64,000 nt of DNA. Origin: Thermoanaerobaculia bacterium. Its GTDB lineage: Bacteria > Acidobacteriota > Thermoanaerobaculia > UBA5066. Both the position numbers and the translations under genes were made by a program. Positions 1 to 9,752 of the stretch are shown here, piece by piece. The notes under the pieces were generated by a model, which ran no database searches, was not told where the DNA came from, and worked only from the letters and a program-made list of their open reading frames with translations. The stretch spans positions 24,325 through 88,324 of the forward strand of contig JBBRRY010000010.1 of the NCBI GenBank assembly GCA_038245905.1. The letters are read 5' to 3'. Within the stretch, counting starts at the first letter, position 1, and every line of letters starts with the position of its first letter.

Positions 1-280
1 AGAACACGACGAGGGCCGAGAGAAACAGGATGACGGAGAGCACGGCCAACGAGCGCGGGAAGCGCAGCCGCTCGAGGAGCGTCACGAACGGCTGGAGCGC
101 GAAAGACAGGAAAAGGGCGAAGAAGAACATGACGAACAGGACCTTTCCTGCCCAGAGAAGACCGACGACGGCGGCGGTCGCGAGCACGACGAGGGCGCGC
201 GAGCGGAACACACCGCCCCCGGAGGGATTCGAGCCCGTCGAGAACGTTCCGGTGGAGAAGAGTCCTGAGTTTGAATCCAC
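1..280 (-). CDS. AI-2E/PerM family transporter, N-terminal part (runs off window start)
   Basis: Manual minus-strand translation from GTG at 280: ...LVVLATAAVVGLLWAGKVLFVMFFFALFLSFALQPFVTLLERLRFPRSLAVL. This matches the typical AI-2E N-terminal 'LxPxVxxLER...PRxLA' pattern; it is not in the ORF track because it is truncated. Confidence 0.7.
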   Translation of the reverse strand, partial: MDSNSGLFSTGTFSTGSNPSGGGVFRSRALVVLATAAVVGLLWAGKVLFVMFFFALFLSFALQPFVTLLERLRFPRSLAVLSVILFLSALVVF

Positions 281-322
281 GGCGGCATCAGTCTAACGCC
301 GCCGTGGGGGACTTTGGTGGGA

Positions 323-1711
323 TCAGGGGAACGTAACGGTCACGACGGCGCGGCGATTGCGCGTCGCGTCGGCCGAATCGGCGTCTCCCTTGACCTCTGT
401 CGCGATGCGCGAGCCGTCGATCCCGTGTCGTTTCATGAGGTAGTCGCGGGCCGCTTCGCCGCGAGCCTTCGCGAGAGCCGCGTGATCGCCGCCCTTTTCC
501 CTGACGTCGGTCGACGCCGAAACCGTGCAGGTGGCGGCCAGGTTGTTCTTGAGGCGCAGGGCAACGCCGTCGAGGATCGCCTTCGCGATGTTCGTGAGGC
601 GGCTCTTGGCGGCGTCGTAAAGGATCTCGTCGGTGGTCGAGGTCGATGGGCGCGGGGCGGGAGCTGTCACGACGGCCGGCTCGGTGGCCATGGCGGGGGC
701 CATGACTGGCGCGGGAGCGGGCGGGACGGGCTCGGTCGCGGGCGGCTCGGTCTCGCGGGGCATCGTGGCGCGCGGCCGTTCCTTGATCGCCGGCGGCGGA
801 AGGTACGCGACCTGCACGAGGCCCCCGATGCTCGAGGGGCTGCTGCCGTATTTCGCCCAGCGGTCGATGTTCACGCGCACGGCGCCTGAGGCCGTGAACC
901 CCGATTTGCCGAAGGCGAACCGGCCTCCAAGCGTGACCTCGGAAAAGTCCGGAGGCTGCGTGTCGCCGCCATCGTAGTGGATCCGGTTGATCTCGCCGAT
1001 CGCCTTGAACACGTTCGGAATCACGGGCACCGCGATGGCGAGGGCCGACGTCCACGTGTTCGAGATGTCGTAGCCCGTGTCCCCCGTGGGGACGAACTGG
1101 GTGGGCGTGCCGAGCTTTCCGTTGAGCTGATAGGCCGTCTGGAAGGTGACCCATCCGATGTTGAACGAGAGGCCGAGATCGTAGTCCGCACGATAGGTGC
1201 CGAGCGCGTTGACGTCGTTCTTGGACTGCGTCGGAAACGCGACGCCGCCGAAGAGCACCACGAGCACGGGTTCCTGGGTGTTGAGGAGGATCTTCGTGCC
1301 GAGCCGGACTTTGTCCATCTCGGAGTGCGTGAAGCTGCCGGCGCGGTAATGGCCGTTCACGAGGCCCTGCCAGTTGTAGTCGGACGCGCTGTACCGGTTG
1401 GATCCTGTGGTCAGGGAGGCCTCCCAGCGGGGAAGGAAGCCATACCCGACGGACATCCCGATCCGTTGCAGGTCGTAACGGAGCGGTTCGTCTGGCAACG
1501 TGGCCGCGTAGGGGACAGACGGGGCCGTCCGGTTCCACAGTCCCCAGGACAGCCCGAGAGAAAACTGTCCCTGCGGCAGCATGTCGGCGTTCAACACCTG
1601 GAAGAGCCCGGTCTCGCCCGAGACCGAGGGAGCCACTTGCGCCGCGAGGGGAGGCGCGAGGACCAGGCACGCGATCGCGCCGAGGAGGAGTCGGGTCCGC
1701 ATCCGTCGCAT
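323..1711 (-). CDS. OmpA-family outer membrane protein (beta-barrel-like N-terminus, Pro-rich linker, OmpA_C-like domain)
   Basis: Signal peptide; GETGL...ADMLP start; C-terminal ILYDAAKSRL...TD...ARG...YL...GID..RI...NRR; GGAGA RBS. Confidence 0.8.
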   Translation of the reverse strand: MRRMRTRLLLGAIACLVLAPPLAAQVAPSVSGETGLFQVLNADMLPQGQFSLGLSWGLWNRTAPSVPYAATLPDEPLRYDLQRIGMSVGYGFLPRWEASLTTGSNRYSASDYNWQGLVNGHYRAGSFTHSEMDKVRLGTKILLNTQEPVLVVLFGGVAFPTQSKNDVNALGTYRADYDLGLSFNIGWVTFQTAYQLNGKLGTPTQFVPTGDTGYDISNTWTSALAIAVPVIPNVFKAIGEINRIHYDGGDTQPPDFSEVTLGGRFAFGKSGFTASGAVRVNIDRWAKYGSSPSSIGGLVQVAYLPPPAIKERPRATMPRETEPPATEPVPPAPAPVMAPAMATEPAVVTAPAPRPSTSTTDEILYDAAKSRLTNIAKAILDGVALRLKNNLAATCTVSASTDVREKGGDHAALAKARGEAARDYLMKRHGIDGSRIATEVKGDADSADATRNRRAVVTVTFP

Positions 1712-1858
1712 CGAATCTCCTTTGGTCCGCCCGGCCGCGAGGGGCTCATGCCGGCCTGTGCGGGAAAGTGCCTCGAGTGGTTGTCCAAAAAAGGCAGAAA
1801 TCGCTGTCAGATTCTAGCGCGTCTCGCGCCCGGAGGCAAACGATGCCAAGGAGTTACG

Positions 1859-2776
1859 TCAGAGGAGGGGGTTCATCTTCTCGCGGAACCCGCGCGCGGC
1901 CGCTGGGCCTCGAAGCCTCTCGATGGTCTCCTCGAGCGTTCGGATCAAGTCCCGGGCCACCTCGAGTCCGCGCCCGCGGTCGAGTTCCTGGAGCGCCGTC
2001 CTGTAGGGACGGTCGATCGTCGCCTCTCCCGGCGCGCCCGCCGCCGCTTCGGCTTCCTGCTTCACCTTCGTGCAAAGGATCTGAAGGCTGCGCTTCTCGT
2101 CGCCCTTCGAGAGGGCCTGGAAGGCTCCACTGTGAGTCGAGACGTTCGGGATCGACTGTCCGGTGAGCGGCGGCATCGCGGACGGGGTGACCGGTGCCAG
2201 CGGTGCCTTCGGTTCCGGAGCCGTTCTCCCGGTCGCGCGTGGCCTGCCGATCTCGACGAGCTCGGCCGTCACGAGGCCGTAGAGCGTCTTCGCGACGTCG
2301 AACGCGGACGTCTTGAGGGCCCGCGCGATCTCCTCGATCGAGCGCTGGCCGTCGGCCTTCGTGACGACTCTCCATTCGACCGGTGTCAGCGTGACCGGTC
2401 CGTTCGTACCTTCGCGGGACACGAGCACGGGAACCGAGTCGGTTCCGGGAATCTTTCGAGAAAGGATCTTCCATTCGTCGCTCCGCCGGGCCGCCTCGAG
2501 GAGCAGACTCGTGTTCGAACGGCTGATCGTGCGGGCCTCGCTCTCGACGCCGGGCGAAAACTGGAATGTGCCCTGGTTCCACAGCGCGAGTGCGTAGATT
2601 GCGTCTTCGCCCTCGACCTCGCCGAGCTTCGCGTGGGTAATGTGCCCGTTCTGCAAATAGACGTGGCCCTTCTCGGAGGCACGCGTCATCGAGAACATGC
2701 CCGTCTTGCCGGAGACGGCCACGAGCTGGACGATATCGGAGAGCGGAAGCTCGTTGAGGGAACCTTGAAACGACAT
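1859..2776 (-). CDS. DUF4388 (PATAN-like) domain protein
   Basis: MSFQGSLNELPLSDIVQLVAVSGKTG...G.I.HA...W..G.F.F...LLLEAARR.DEW is typical of DUF4388. Start moved to ATG at 2776. Confidence 0.8.
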   Translation of the reverse strand: MSFQGSLNELPLSDIVQLVAVSGKTGMFSMTRASEKGHVYLQNGHITHAKLGEVEGEDAIYALALWNQGTFQFSPGVESEARTISRSNTSLLLEAARRSDEWKILSRKIPGTDSVPVLVSREGTNGPVTLTPVEWRVVTKADGQRSIEEIARALKTSAFDVAKTLYGLVTAELVEIGRPRATGRTAPEPKAPLAPVTPSAMPPLTGQSIPNVSTHSGAFQALSKGDEKRSLQILCTKVKQEAEAAAGAPGEATIDRPYRTALQELDRGRGLEVARDLIRTLEETIERLRGPAAARGFREKMNPLL

Positions 2777-2826
2777 CAGCGCCCTTTCACGATAGCAGCC
2801 CGCGAGGGATCCGCTCAACCGGCTGC

Positions 2827-3363
2827 CTAGCCGGCCGGTCGGCGCCTCACGGAAGCGCGCGGAGGCGTCTGCGCGCTGGGGGCCGCCGCGAAGCGCGCGC
2901 CGCGCCGGGCGGCGACGAAACCATGCGTCAAGGCTGCGGCAGCCGCGTCGGCGGCGTCGAGGGCGAGCCGGCGTCCGAGGAGCGCGGCGACCATGCGGCG
3001 CACCTGCTCCTTCTCGGCGCCTCCCGAGCCCGCCACGGCGCGCTTGATCTCCGCGGGCGTCACCTCGGCCGTCGGAATGCCCGCCTGCGCCAGCGCGAGC
3101 AGCAGGACCCCGCGTGCCTCTCCGAGGGCGATGAGGCTCTGGGGATTCACGCCCGAAAAGACGCGTTCCACGGCCGCGGCATCGGGTCGTTCGGCGGCGA
3201 TCACGCGGCCGAGAGCGGCGTGCAGAAAGGCGAGGCGCTCCGCAAAGGTCCCCTTGAGAGGAGGGCGCAGGACTCCGGCGCCGACGAGGACGGGAGTCCC
3301 CGAGAAGTCCACGACGGCCCAGCCGGCCGCGCGGCTTCCGGGATCGACCCCGAGGATCTTCAT
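2827..3363 (-). CDS. ruvC: Holliday junction resolvase RuvC
   Basis: ILGVDPG, AAVERVF, GEARGV, EIKRAVAGSGGAEKEQV, DAADA motifs; adjacent to yebC. Confidence 0.92.
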   Translation of the reverse strand: MKILGVDPGSRAAGWAVVDFSGTPVLVGAGVLRPPLKGTFAERLAFLHAALGRVIAAERPDAAAVERVFSGVNPQSLIALGEARGVLLLALAQAGIPTAEVTPAEIKRAVAGSGGAEKEQVRRMVAALLGRRLALDAADAAAAALTHGFVAARRGARFAAAPSAQTPPRASVRRRPAG

Positions 3364-3399
3364 CGGGGGGTGTGGCTCAAGCCGCGCTCACTCCCGCGA

Positions 3400-4143
3400 T
3401 CATTCTTCCGTCAGGTACTTGTCGTCGATGTCGCCATTCGACCAGACCTTCTGGACGTCGTCGTTGTCCTCGACCATCTCGAGGAGCTTGATGAGCGCGG
3501 GAGCCTTGTCCTCCACGGCGACAGTGTTCTGCGGGACCATCTGGATCTCGGCCGTCTGGACGGCGATGTTCTTCGCCTCGATCGCGGCCTTCACGGTCTC
3601 GAAGGACATCGGGTCCGTGTAGACCTCGAAGACGTCCGAATCCTCGGTCTTGAAGTCTTCGGCGCCCGACTCGAGCGCGAGCTCCATCAGTGTGTCTTCC
3701 TTGACGGCGCTCTTCTCGATGGCGATGTAGCCCTTTTTCGAGAACTGGAAGGCAACGGCACCGGACGCAGCCATGTTGCCGCCGTACTTAGTGAGCAGGT
3801 GGCGGACCTCGGAGGCCGTCCGGTTCTTGTTGTCCGTCATGACCTCGATGAGGATCGCGGCGCCGCCGGGGCCGTAGCCCTCGTACGTGAGCTCCTCGTA
3901 GGTGACGCCCTCGAGCTCGCCGGTGCCGCGCTTGATCGCCCGGTCGATGTTGTCGGAGGGCATTGAGGCTCTCTTCGCGGCGAGGACCGCCGAGCGCAGG
4001 CGCGGGTTCGAATCGATCACGCCGCCGCCCACCTTGGCGGACATCGTGATTTCCTTGATCAGCTTCGTGAAGAGGTTGCCGCGCTTGGCGTCGGCGGCGC
4101 CCTTCTTGTGCTTGATCGTGCTCCACTTACTGTGACCGGACAT
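3400..4143 (-). CDS. yebC: YebC/PmpR family protein
   Basis: [36 protein letters not shown]. Confidence 0.95.
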   Translation of the reverse strand: MSGHSKWSTIKHKKGAADAKRGNLFTKLIKEITMSAKVGGGVIDSNPRLRSAVLAAKRASMPSDNIDRAIKRGTGELEGVTYEELTYEGYGPGGAAILIEVMTDNKNRTASEVRHLLTKYGGNMAASGAVAFQFSKKGYIAIEKSAVKEDTLMELALESGAEDFKTEDSDVFEVYTDPMSFETVKAAIEAKNIAVQTAEIQMVPQNTVAVEDKAPALIKLLEMVEDNDDVQKVWSNGDIDDKYLTEE

Positions 4144-4176
4144 GTCTCACCTCAGGCGTTTTCGGGGGCCCGCAGT

Positions 4177-5523
4177 TTAGCAGGGATGCGCCTCGAGGGG
4201 CATTCCTGCCGCGCCGGAGACGAGGCGCGTGAGAAGGCGGCGGCCGGGCACGCGGTCTTCCTCCGGCAGAGCGAGCGAGACCTCGAGGTAGTGGTCCGTC
4301 AGGCCGCGGCTTCCACGCAACGTGACGATCTCGGCCGTCGTGCCGGCTGCGCGCCTCGAGAACGCGCGCGACTTGGCTGCGCCGAGGCGCCGCAACGCGC
4401 GCGTGCGCGCGGTCAGGACGCCCGAAGCGAGGGGATTTCCCCGATGCCAGTCGGCGGCGTCGGTGCCCCCGCGCGGAGAGAACGGGAAGACGTGGAGCGA
4501 CGCGAATGGTAGATCCTCGACGAAGCGGTACGTCTCGTCGAAGTCGGCGTCCGTTTCATCGGGGAATCCGGCGATCAGGTCGGTCGCGAGGTGAAGCCGT
4601 GGATTCGCACGCACCGCGCGCTCGGCGAGGGCGCGGTAACGCGCGGGCACAATGCCGCGACGCATCCGCTTGAGGACGGAGAACGAACCCGACTGAAGGG
4701 GCAGATGGAGGTGCGGGACGACGACCCGCGACGAGGCGACGAGGTCCACGAGGTCCTCGCCGGCCTCCATGGGCTCGAGCGACGAGAGCCGGATGCGGCA
4801 GGCGGGCGGATCGGCATCCAGGCGCGCGAGGAGATCGACGAGGCGCGTCCCGCGGTCGTGGCCGAACGCGGCGAGATGGACACCCGCCAGGACGACCTCG
4901 GGGACGCCGCCGTCTCCGAGACGGCGAATCGCGTCGACGACGTCTTCGGGGCGCGCGCTTCGCTCGGCGCCGCGCAAAGACGGGACGACACAGAATGCGC
5001 ACCGGCGCGTGCAACCGTCCTGGATCTTGAGAAAGGCGCGCGTCCTCTCGGGATCGACGAGCGCCTCGAGGGGTCGCCCCGACGCGGGCATCGCGAAGAG
5101 CGCGGCGCGGGCGGTGTCCGCCGTGGTCACGATCCGTTTGGGCAGGAGGCCGGCCGCATACGCGTCGAGAATTTCGGGGAGCGCATCGCGCGCGGCCAGC
5201 GAGACGACGAGGTCGACTTCCGGCATCAGGGCCAGGGCACTCGCCGCGCGCTCGGCGAAGCACCCGGAGACGACGAGGGTCGCGCGGGGGTTCGCGCGCC
5301 GGAGGCGGCGCACGAGGCGCCGCCCGTCGCGCTCGGCGCGATCCGTCACCGCGCACCCGTGGACGAGGAGGACATCCGCGCTGCCGGGTCCTTCGAGAAC
5401 CTCGCCTCCGCCCGCGCCCGCGAGCGACGCCGCGTCGATCCGGCTGACTTTGCAGCCGAGAGACGCGCTGAAGATGCGCCGGACCGCTACTCGCTCGGTC
5501 TCGTTCGTTGACACGGCGTCCAC
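4177..5523 (-). CDS. mtaB: MiaB/MtaB-family radical SAM methylthiotransferase (MtaB-like)
   Basis: SLGCKVS, GCAVT, SGC, KIQDGCTRRCAFC (CxxxCxxC), RIRLSSLEP, HLHLPLQSGS, HVFPFSPR. Confidence 0.8.
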   Translation of the reverse strand: MDAVSTNETERVAVRRIFSASLGCKVSRIDAASLAGAGGGEVLEGPGSADVLLVHGCAVTDRAERDGRRLVRRLRRANPRATLVVSGCFAERAASALALMPEVDLVVSLAARDALPEILDAYAAGLLPKRIVTTADTARAALFAMPASGRPLEALVDPERTRAFLKIQDGCTRRCAFCVVPSLRGAERSARPEDVVDAIRRLGDGGVPEVVLAGVHLAAFGHDRGTRLVDLLARLDADPPACRIRLSSLEPMEAGEDLVDLVASSRVVVPHLHLPLQSGSFSVLKRMRRGIVPARYRALAERAVRANPRLHLATDLIAGFPDETDADFDETYRFVEDLPFASLHVFPFSPRGGTDAADWHRGNPLASGVLTARTRALRRLGAAKSRAFSRRAAGTTAEIVTLRGSRGLTDHYLEVSLALPEEDRVPGRRLLTRLVSGAAGMPLEAHPC

Positions 5524-5597
5524 CCCGTCGATAATAGATTCTTCCGGAAGGAGTTGCGCACGCGGCGGTGGCGATTCGCCCCGCCCTCAATCTCGGC

Positions 5598-8500
5598 ATG
5601 AAGTTTCTATTGATCGAATATGAGCCGCGCTATCTCGAGCGAATCCGCCAGTACCTGGCGGGTCAGTCGCAGACAGTGGAGCTCGTCATGGCGCGCGACG
5701 GCGAGGAAGGCCTCGAGCTCTACCGCAAGTCGCGTCCCGACCTCGTGCTCATTTCTTCCGTCCTTCCGAAGCTCCGCACGCCCGACGTGATCAAGGGCAT
5801 GCAGGCCATGGGTCCGACGCCCCCCGTGCTCCTCATGATGTCGGGCTACAAGGGCCGGAACAAGCGCGCCGACGCGCAGCGCGTGGGTGCGACGAGCATC
5901 CTCGAGAAGCCGTTCTCCGAGGACGTCTTCCAGGCGGAGGTCGCGATGGCGCTGGGGCTCAGGCCCACGATCGAGATGCCGTCATTTTCGGGGCCGCCAT
6001 CCGATCCCGGCGCGCCGCTCCTCTCCGCCGACGACATCTTCTCGGACGTGCTGACGGGGCTCGACGAGGCGCCTCCGCCCCGTCCGGCGTCGCGCGAGAT
6101 GGCGGTGCCGGTTCCGTCGGTCGAGAAGCGGCTCCACGACACGCTTTCGGGTCTCATGCCGCCGAAGAAGACGCCGAGCGGAGTGTCCGCCCCGTTTCCC
6201 GCGGCCGAGGTGCCGGGCGGGCGGCTCGACCGGCCTGTCGAGCGGACCGCACGCGTGAACGTGGCCGAGGCGATGGCGAGCCTCAGCGCGCGGCCACAGC
6301 CTGCGCCGCGCTCCTCCGAGTCCGCGGCCCGGAGCGCATCGTCCTCGTCTTCCGTTGACAGACTCCTCCACGACACGCTTTCGGGAATCATGCCGCCCCC
6401 GAAGACGTCCGCGCCTGCGCCTCCGGCGCGCCCCCGAGAGCCGAAAGAGATCTCGCGCGAAGTCTCGGGAGAGACCGTGCGCATGAAGACGTCCCCGCTT
6501 CTTCCCCCTTCCGTCCCGCCGGCACCGCCGCCGATGCCCCGGCCCGTCGACGCGACGCGTCCGGTGCCGGCCGTGCGCCCGGCTTCGTCTCCAGGCGCGT
6601 TCGGGCGCTACCAGCTTCTTGAGAAGATCGGCGCGGGCGGCATGGCCGAGGTCTTCAAAGCGCGCATGAGCGGCGAACAGGGCTTCGAGAAGATTGTCGC
6701 CATCAAGCGCATCGTGCCGCATATGGCGACGAATGCCGACTTCGTCACGATGTTCGTGGACGAGGCGAAGCTCGCGGCCCAGCTCAACCACAACAACATC
6801 ACTCACATCTACGACCTCGGCAAGGTCGACGCGTGGCACTACATCGCCATGGAGTACGTCGAGGGTAAGGACCTGCGCACGCTCCTGAAGCTCGCGAAGG
6901 AAAGAGGCTTTCCGCTGCCCGCCGAGCTCGCCCTTTTCATCGCGTCGAAGATCGCGAACGCGCTCGACTACGCGCACCGCCGCCCGGCGCCGGACGGCAG
7001 CGAGCTGAATCTCGTGCACCGCGACGTCTCGCCGCAGAACATCCTCATCAGCGAGGAAGGCGACATCAAGCTCTGCGACTTCGGCATCGCGAAGGCCGCG
7101 AGCAAGGTGTCGACGACGATGTCGGGGGCGCTCAAGGGAAAGCTGCAGTACATGTCGCCCGAGCAGGCCTGGGGCAAGAGGCTCGACCGGCGGAGCGACA
7201 TCTTCTCCCTCGGTTCGGTGCTCTTCGAAATGCTCACAGGAGCACCTCTTTTCGAGGGTGAGACGGACATGTCCGTTCTCGAGAGCGTGCGCGAGGGCGA
7301 GGTCGCGATGCCCTCGTCCCGCGGCGCCGGGGTGCCCAAGCGCGTGGACCAGATCGTCCTCAAGGCGCTCGCGAAGAATCCGCAGGAGCGCTACCAGAAC
7401 GCGTCCGAGTTCGAGAAGGACCTCCACGCGGTGCTATACACGTATCAGCCGTCGCCCGGGCCGGCGGATCTTGCGATCTACATGCACCGGCTTCGGGAGG
7501 CGCCTCAGGCGTCCGACGACGAGATCGACGCAGCCTTCGACAAGGCCCGCGACATGCCCGGGCCGGTCGGCCCGGTCCCCGCGCCCGGGATTCCCCCGAA
7601 GAAAGGGAAGGGGCTCGTGATCGCGAAGGCGCAGACAGGCGAGTTCGCGCGGCCCTCGATTCCCGTGCCCGAGCGGCGTCCGGAGCCCGCCGCGCGTCCG
7701 GAGCCCGCCGCGCGCCGCGCGGTCGGCGAGAGCGCGGCTGGGCTGCCGGCGGCGGGCGAATCCCGGAAGAGCCGTGCGGGCCTCGTGGCCGGAATCGGAA
7801 TCGCGGCTGCGGCGCTCCTGGCCGGTGGCCTCTACGTCACGAAGGATCGCTGGCTGGGCGCCAGGCCGCCCGTGACGACCAGCGTGCCGAAGGCCGACTC
7901 CGCGGCGGGGGGCGCCGCGTCCGCGGCTTCCGCGACGTCCGAGCAGCCGCTGGCTCCGGTGGCGGTGCCGCCCGAGTCGGCGAAGGTCGTCGACCCCAAG
8001 GCGGTCGAGGCAGAGGCGCGCCGTGTTACCGCGGAGCGCGAGAAGGCGATCCGCGAGGCGGCGAAGCAGCCTGGAACCGCTGCGAAGTCCGCGACGGCGT
8101 CCGTGACGCCCGCGGGAGTCGTCGGGCTCGCGCCCGTGAAAGTCGCGGAACCTCCGCGTCCTTCCGAGGTCCCGGTGGCGGCTCTGAAAGGCCCCGAGTC
8201 CGCCTCGGCGTCCGTTCCGGTCATCCGCGCCCCCGAACCGAAGCCCGCCGAAACCGCGGTCGAGGCGCCGAAATCCGCGGCACCCCCTCCCGTCGAGGTC
8301 TCCGTGCCCGACAAGGCGCCCGTAGTCCCCGCCGCGTCGAGAGGACCGGTGAAGGAAGGCGACCTCGTGGCTCCCGGCGAGGGCGTCGTCGAGCCTCGAA
8401 TCGTGCGCCTCGGAAGCATGAGCAACCTTCCCCGTCAGGCGCGGCAGGTCAAGCGTTCTGGCGACGGATCGATCGGGACGCCGCTTCTCATCGCGCTCGT

Positions 8501-8669
8501 CGACGAGAGCGGCGGCATTCAGGAGGTCCGTATTCTCAAGCCGTCGAGCTACAAGTTCGTCGACGACGCCGCGGTACGCTCGCTGAAGAGTGCGACAATC
8601 CAGCCGGCGACGAAGGATGGCGTGAAGGTGAAGATGTGGAAGACCTTTTCCATCACCGTGAAGCCTTGA
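5598..8669 (+). CDS. Atypical receiver + Hanks-type Ser/Thr kinase + TM + TonB C-terminal-like domain fusion
   Basis: Receiver fold N-terminus (KPF); kinase motifs GAGGMAEV, VAIK, HRDVSPQN, DFGIAK, YMSPEQ; TM LVAGIGIAAAALLAGGLYV; C-terminal VDESGGI...DDAAVRSL...PATKDG..VK. Confidence 0.85.
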   Translation: MKFLLIEYEPRYLERIRQYLAGQSQTVELVMARDGEEGLELYRKSRPDLVLISSVLPKLRTPDVIKGMQAMGPTPPVLLMMSGYKGRNKRADAQRVGATSILEKPFSEDVFQAEVAMALGLRPTIEMPSFSGPPSDPGAPLLSADDIFSDVLTGLDEAPPPRPASREMAVPVPSVEKRLHDTLSGLMPPKKTPSGVSAPFPAAEVPGGRLDRPVERTARVNVAEAMASLSARPQPAPRSSESAARSASSSSSVDRLLHDTLSGIMPPPKTSAPAPPARPREPKEISREVSGETVRMKTSPLLPPSVPPAPPPMPRPVDATRPVPAVRPASSPGAFGRYQLLEKIGAGGMAEVFKARMSGEQGFEKIVAIKRIVPHMATNADFVTMFVDEAKLAAQLNHNNITHIYDLGKVDAWHYIAMEYVEGKDLRTLLKLAKERGFPLPAELALFIASKIANALDYAHRRPAPDGSELNLVHRDVSPQNILISEEGDIKLCDFGIAKAASKVSTTMSGALKGKLQYMSPEQAWGKRLDRRSDIFSLGSVLFEMLTGAPLFEGETDMSVLESVREGEVAMPSSRGAGVPKRVDQIVLKALAKNPQERYQNASEFEKDLHAVLYTYQPSPGPADLAIYMHRLREAPQASDDEIDAAFDKARDMPGPVGPVPAPGIPPKKGKGLVIAKAQTGEFARPSIPVPERRPEPAARPEPAARRAVGESAAGLPAAGESRKSRAGLVAGIGIAAAALLAGGLYVTKDRWLGARPPVTTSVPKADSAAGGAASAASATSEQPLAPVAVPPESAKVVDPKAVEAEARRVTAEREKAIREAAKQPGTAAKSATASVTPAGVVGLAPVKVAEPPRPSEVPVAALKGPESASASVPVIRAPEPKPAETAVEAPKSAAPPPVEVSVPDKAPVVPAASRGPVKEGDLVAPGEGVVEPRIVRLGSMSNLPRQARQVKRSGDGSIGTPLLIALVDESGGIQEVRILKPSSYKFVDDAAVRSLKSATIQPATKDGVKVKMWKTFSITVKP

Positions 8670-8700
8670 CCCCGACGAGCCCGATTTTCTAGGAGAACGC

Positions 8701-8922
8701 ATGAGCCTTTCCGACGACCAGAGAAAGTTCTACGAGAACACCCTGAATGTGACGAAGGCCGAGATCGACCAGCTCGAAGGCGACATCCAGGCCGAGCTCG
8801 CGAAGGTCAAGGAACGTCTCGCGGACCTGCAGAACGCGCAGAAGGCTGCGCGTCAGATGTACGGGGCGGCGTGCCTCCGGCTGGGAATTCCGAACGACCT
8901 CGAGGAAGCCGAGGAACCCTGA
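8701..8922 (+). CDS. Small coiled-coil hypothetical protein (73 aa)
   Basis: AGGAG RBS, host-like codon usage, heptad pattern. Confidence 0.75.
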   Translation: MSLSDDQRKFYENTLNVTKAEIDQLEGDIQAELAKVKERLADLQNAQKAARQMYGAACLRLGIPNDLEEAEEP

Positions 8923-9752
8923 GCGGACGACTCGGCCTCCTCTCCGTCGGTCTCGCTCTTCTCGCCCCTCCGGTTCCGACCCGCCTGGCGGCACAGCCCC
9001 GGCGCATCGTTGCGCTCGCTCCGTCCGCGGCCGAAATTCTGTTCGCGCTCGGCGCCGGATCGCGCGTCGTCGGCGTTCCTGATTTTGCGGCCGACCTCCC
9101 TGAGGCCGCGGGAAAGACGCGTGTCGGAGGTTTCGCCCCGGACCTCGAGCGCGTCGTGTCGCTCGCGCCCGATCTCGTCGTCGTCTCGAAGGACGGCACG
9201 GATCGCGCGGCGTTCGAGAGGCTCGAGGCTCTGGGACTTCCGGTCGTCGTGACGGCCGGCACGACGCTCGACGGCGTTCTCCTGGACGTCACCCGGGTCG
9301 GGCACGCGCTGGGTGAGGACGAGCGCGCCGCGTCCCTCGTGGCCTCCCTCACGAGGCGCATCGCCGCGGCAGAGGCGCTCGGCCGCGCGCGCCCGCGGAG
9401 CCGGGCGGTCGCTCTCATCTGGCCCGATCCTCCGGTCGTCGCCGGAGAGGGCACGTTCGTGGGGGACGTCCTCTCTCGCGCCGGGTTCTCGAACGTCGTG
9501 CCGAAATCCGCGGGCGACTGGCCCCGCGTCTCGTTCGAGACTCTCGCGTCCTGGAATCCCGACCTCGTCGTTCGTCCCGACACGCCTGAGAACGCCGGAG
9601 CCTTCGCGCGCGCGTTCGCCGACGCGCGCTGGCGCCTCGTTCCCGCGGTCAGAGAGGGCCGCATTGTCGTTATGCCAGGCGGCCTGCTCGAGCGCCCGGG
9701 CCCTCGTCTCGTCGAGGCCCTGGAGCGCCTCGCGGCGGTACGCGTGCCGTGA
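8871..9752 (+). CDS. Cobalamin/iron-siderophore ABC transporter periplasmic binding protein (BtuF-like); true start probably near 8919
   Basis: PRRIVALAPSAAEILFALG, PDLERVVSLAPDLV, LERPGPRLVEA. Confidence 0.85.
   Translation: MPPAGNSERPRGSRGTLSGRLGLLSVGLALLAPPVPTRLAAQPRRIVALAPSAAEILFALGAGSRVVGVPDFAADLPEAAGKTRVGGFAPDLERVVSLAPDLVVVSKDGTDRAAFERLEALGLPVVVTAGTTLDGVLLDVTRVGHALGEDERAASLVASLTRRIAAAEALGRARPRSRAVALIWPDPPVVAGEGTFVGDVLSRAGFSNVVPKSAGDWPRVSFETLASWNPDLVVRPDTPENAGAFARAFADARWRLVPAVREGRIVVMPGGLLERPGPRLVEALERLAAVRVP

Noticed and set aside
1832-1850. Sigma-54 promoter upstream of the OmpA-family gene (TTGGCATCGTTTGCC, minus strand)
   Set aside because: GG-to-GC spacing is 8, not the required 10.
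7676-7716. 18-bp tandem repeat (RPEPAA x2) in the kinase
   Set aside because: Ordinary in-frame slippage in a low-complexity linker.
8670-8920. Cobalamin riboswitch before the Btu-like ABC genes
   Set aside because: There is no intergenic room (occupied by the 73-aa gene) and no B12-box was seen; the substrate therefore remains unassigned.
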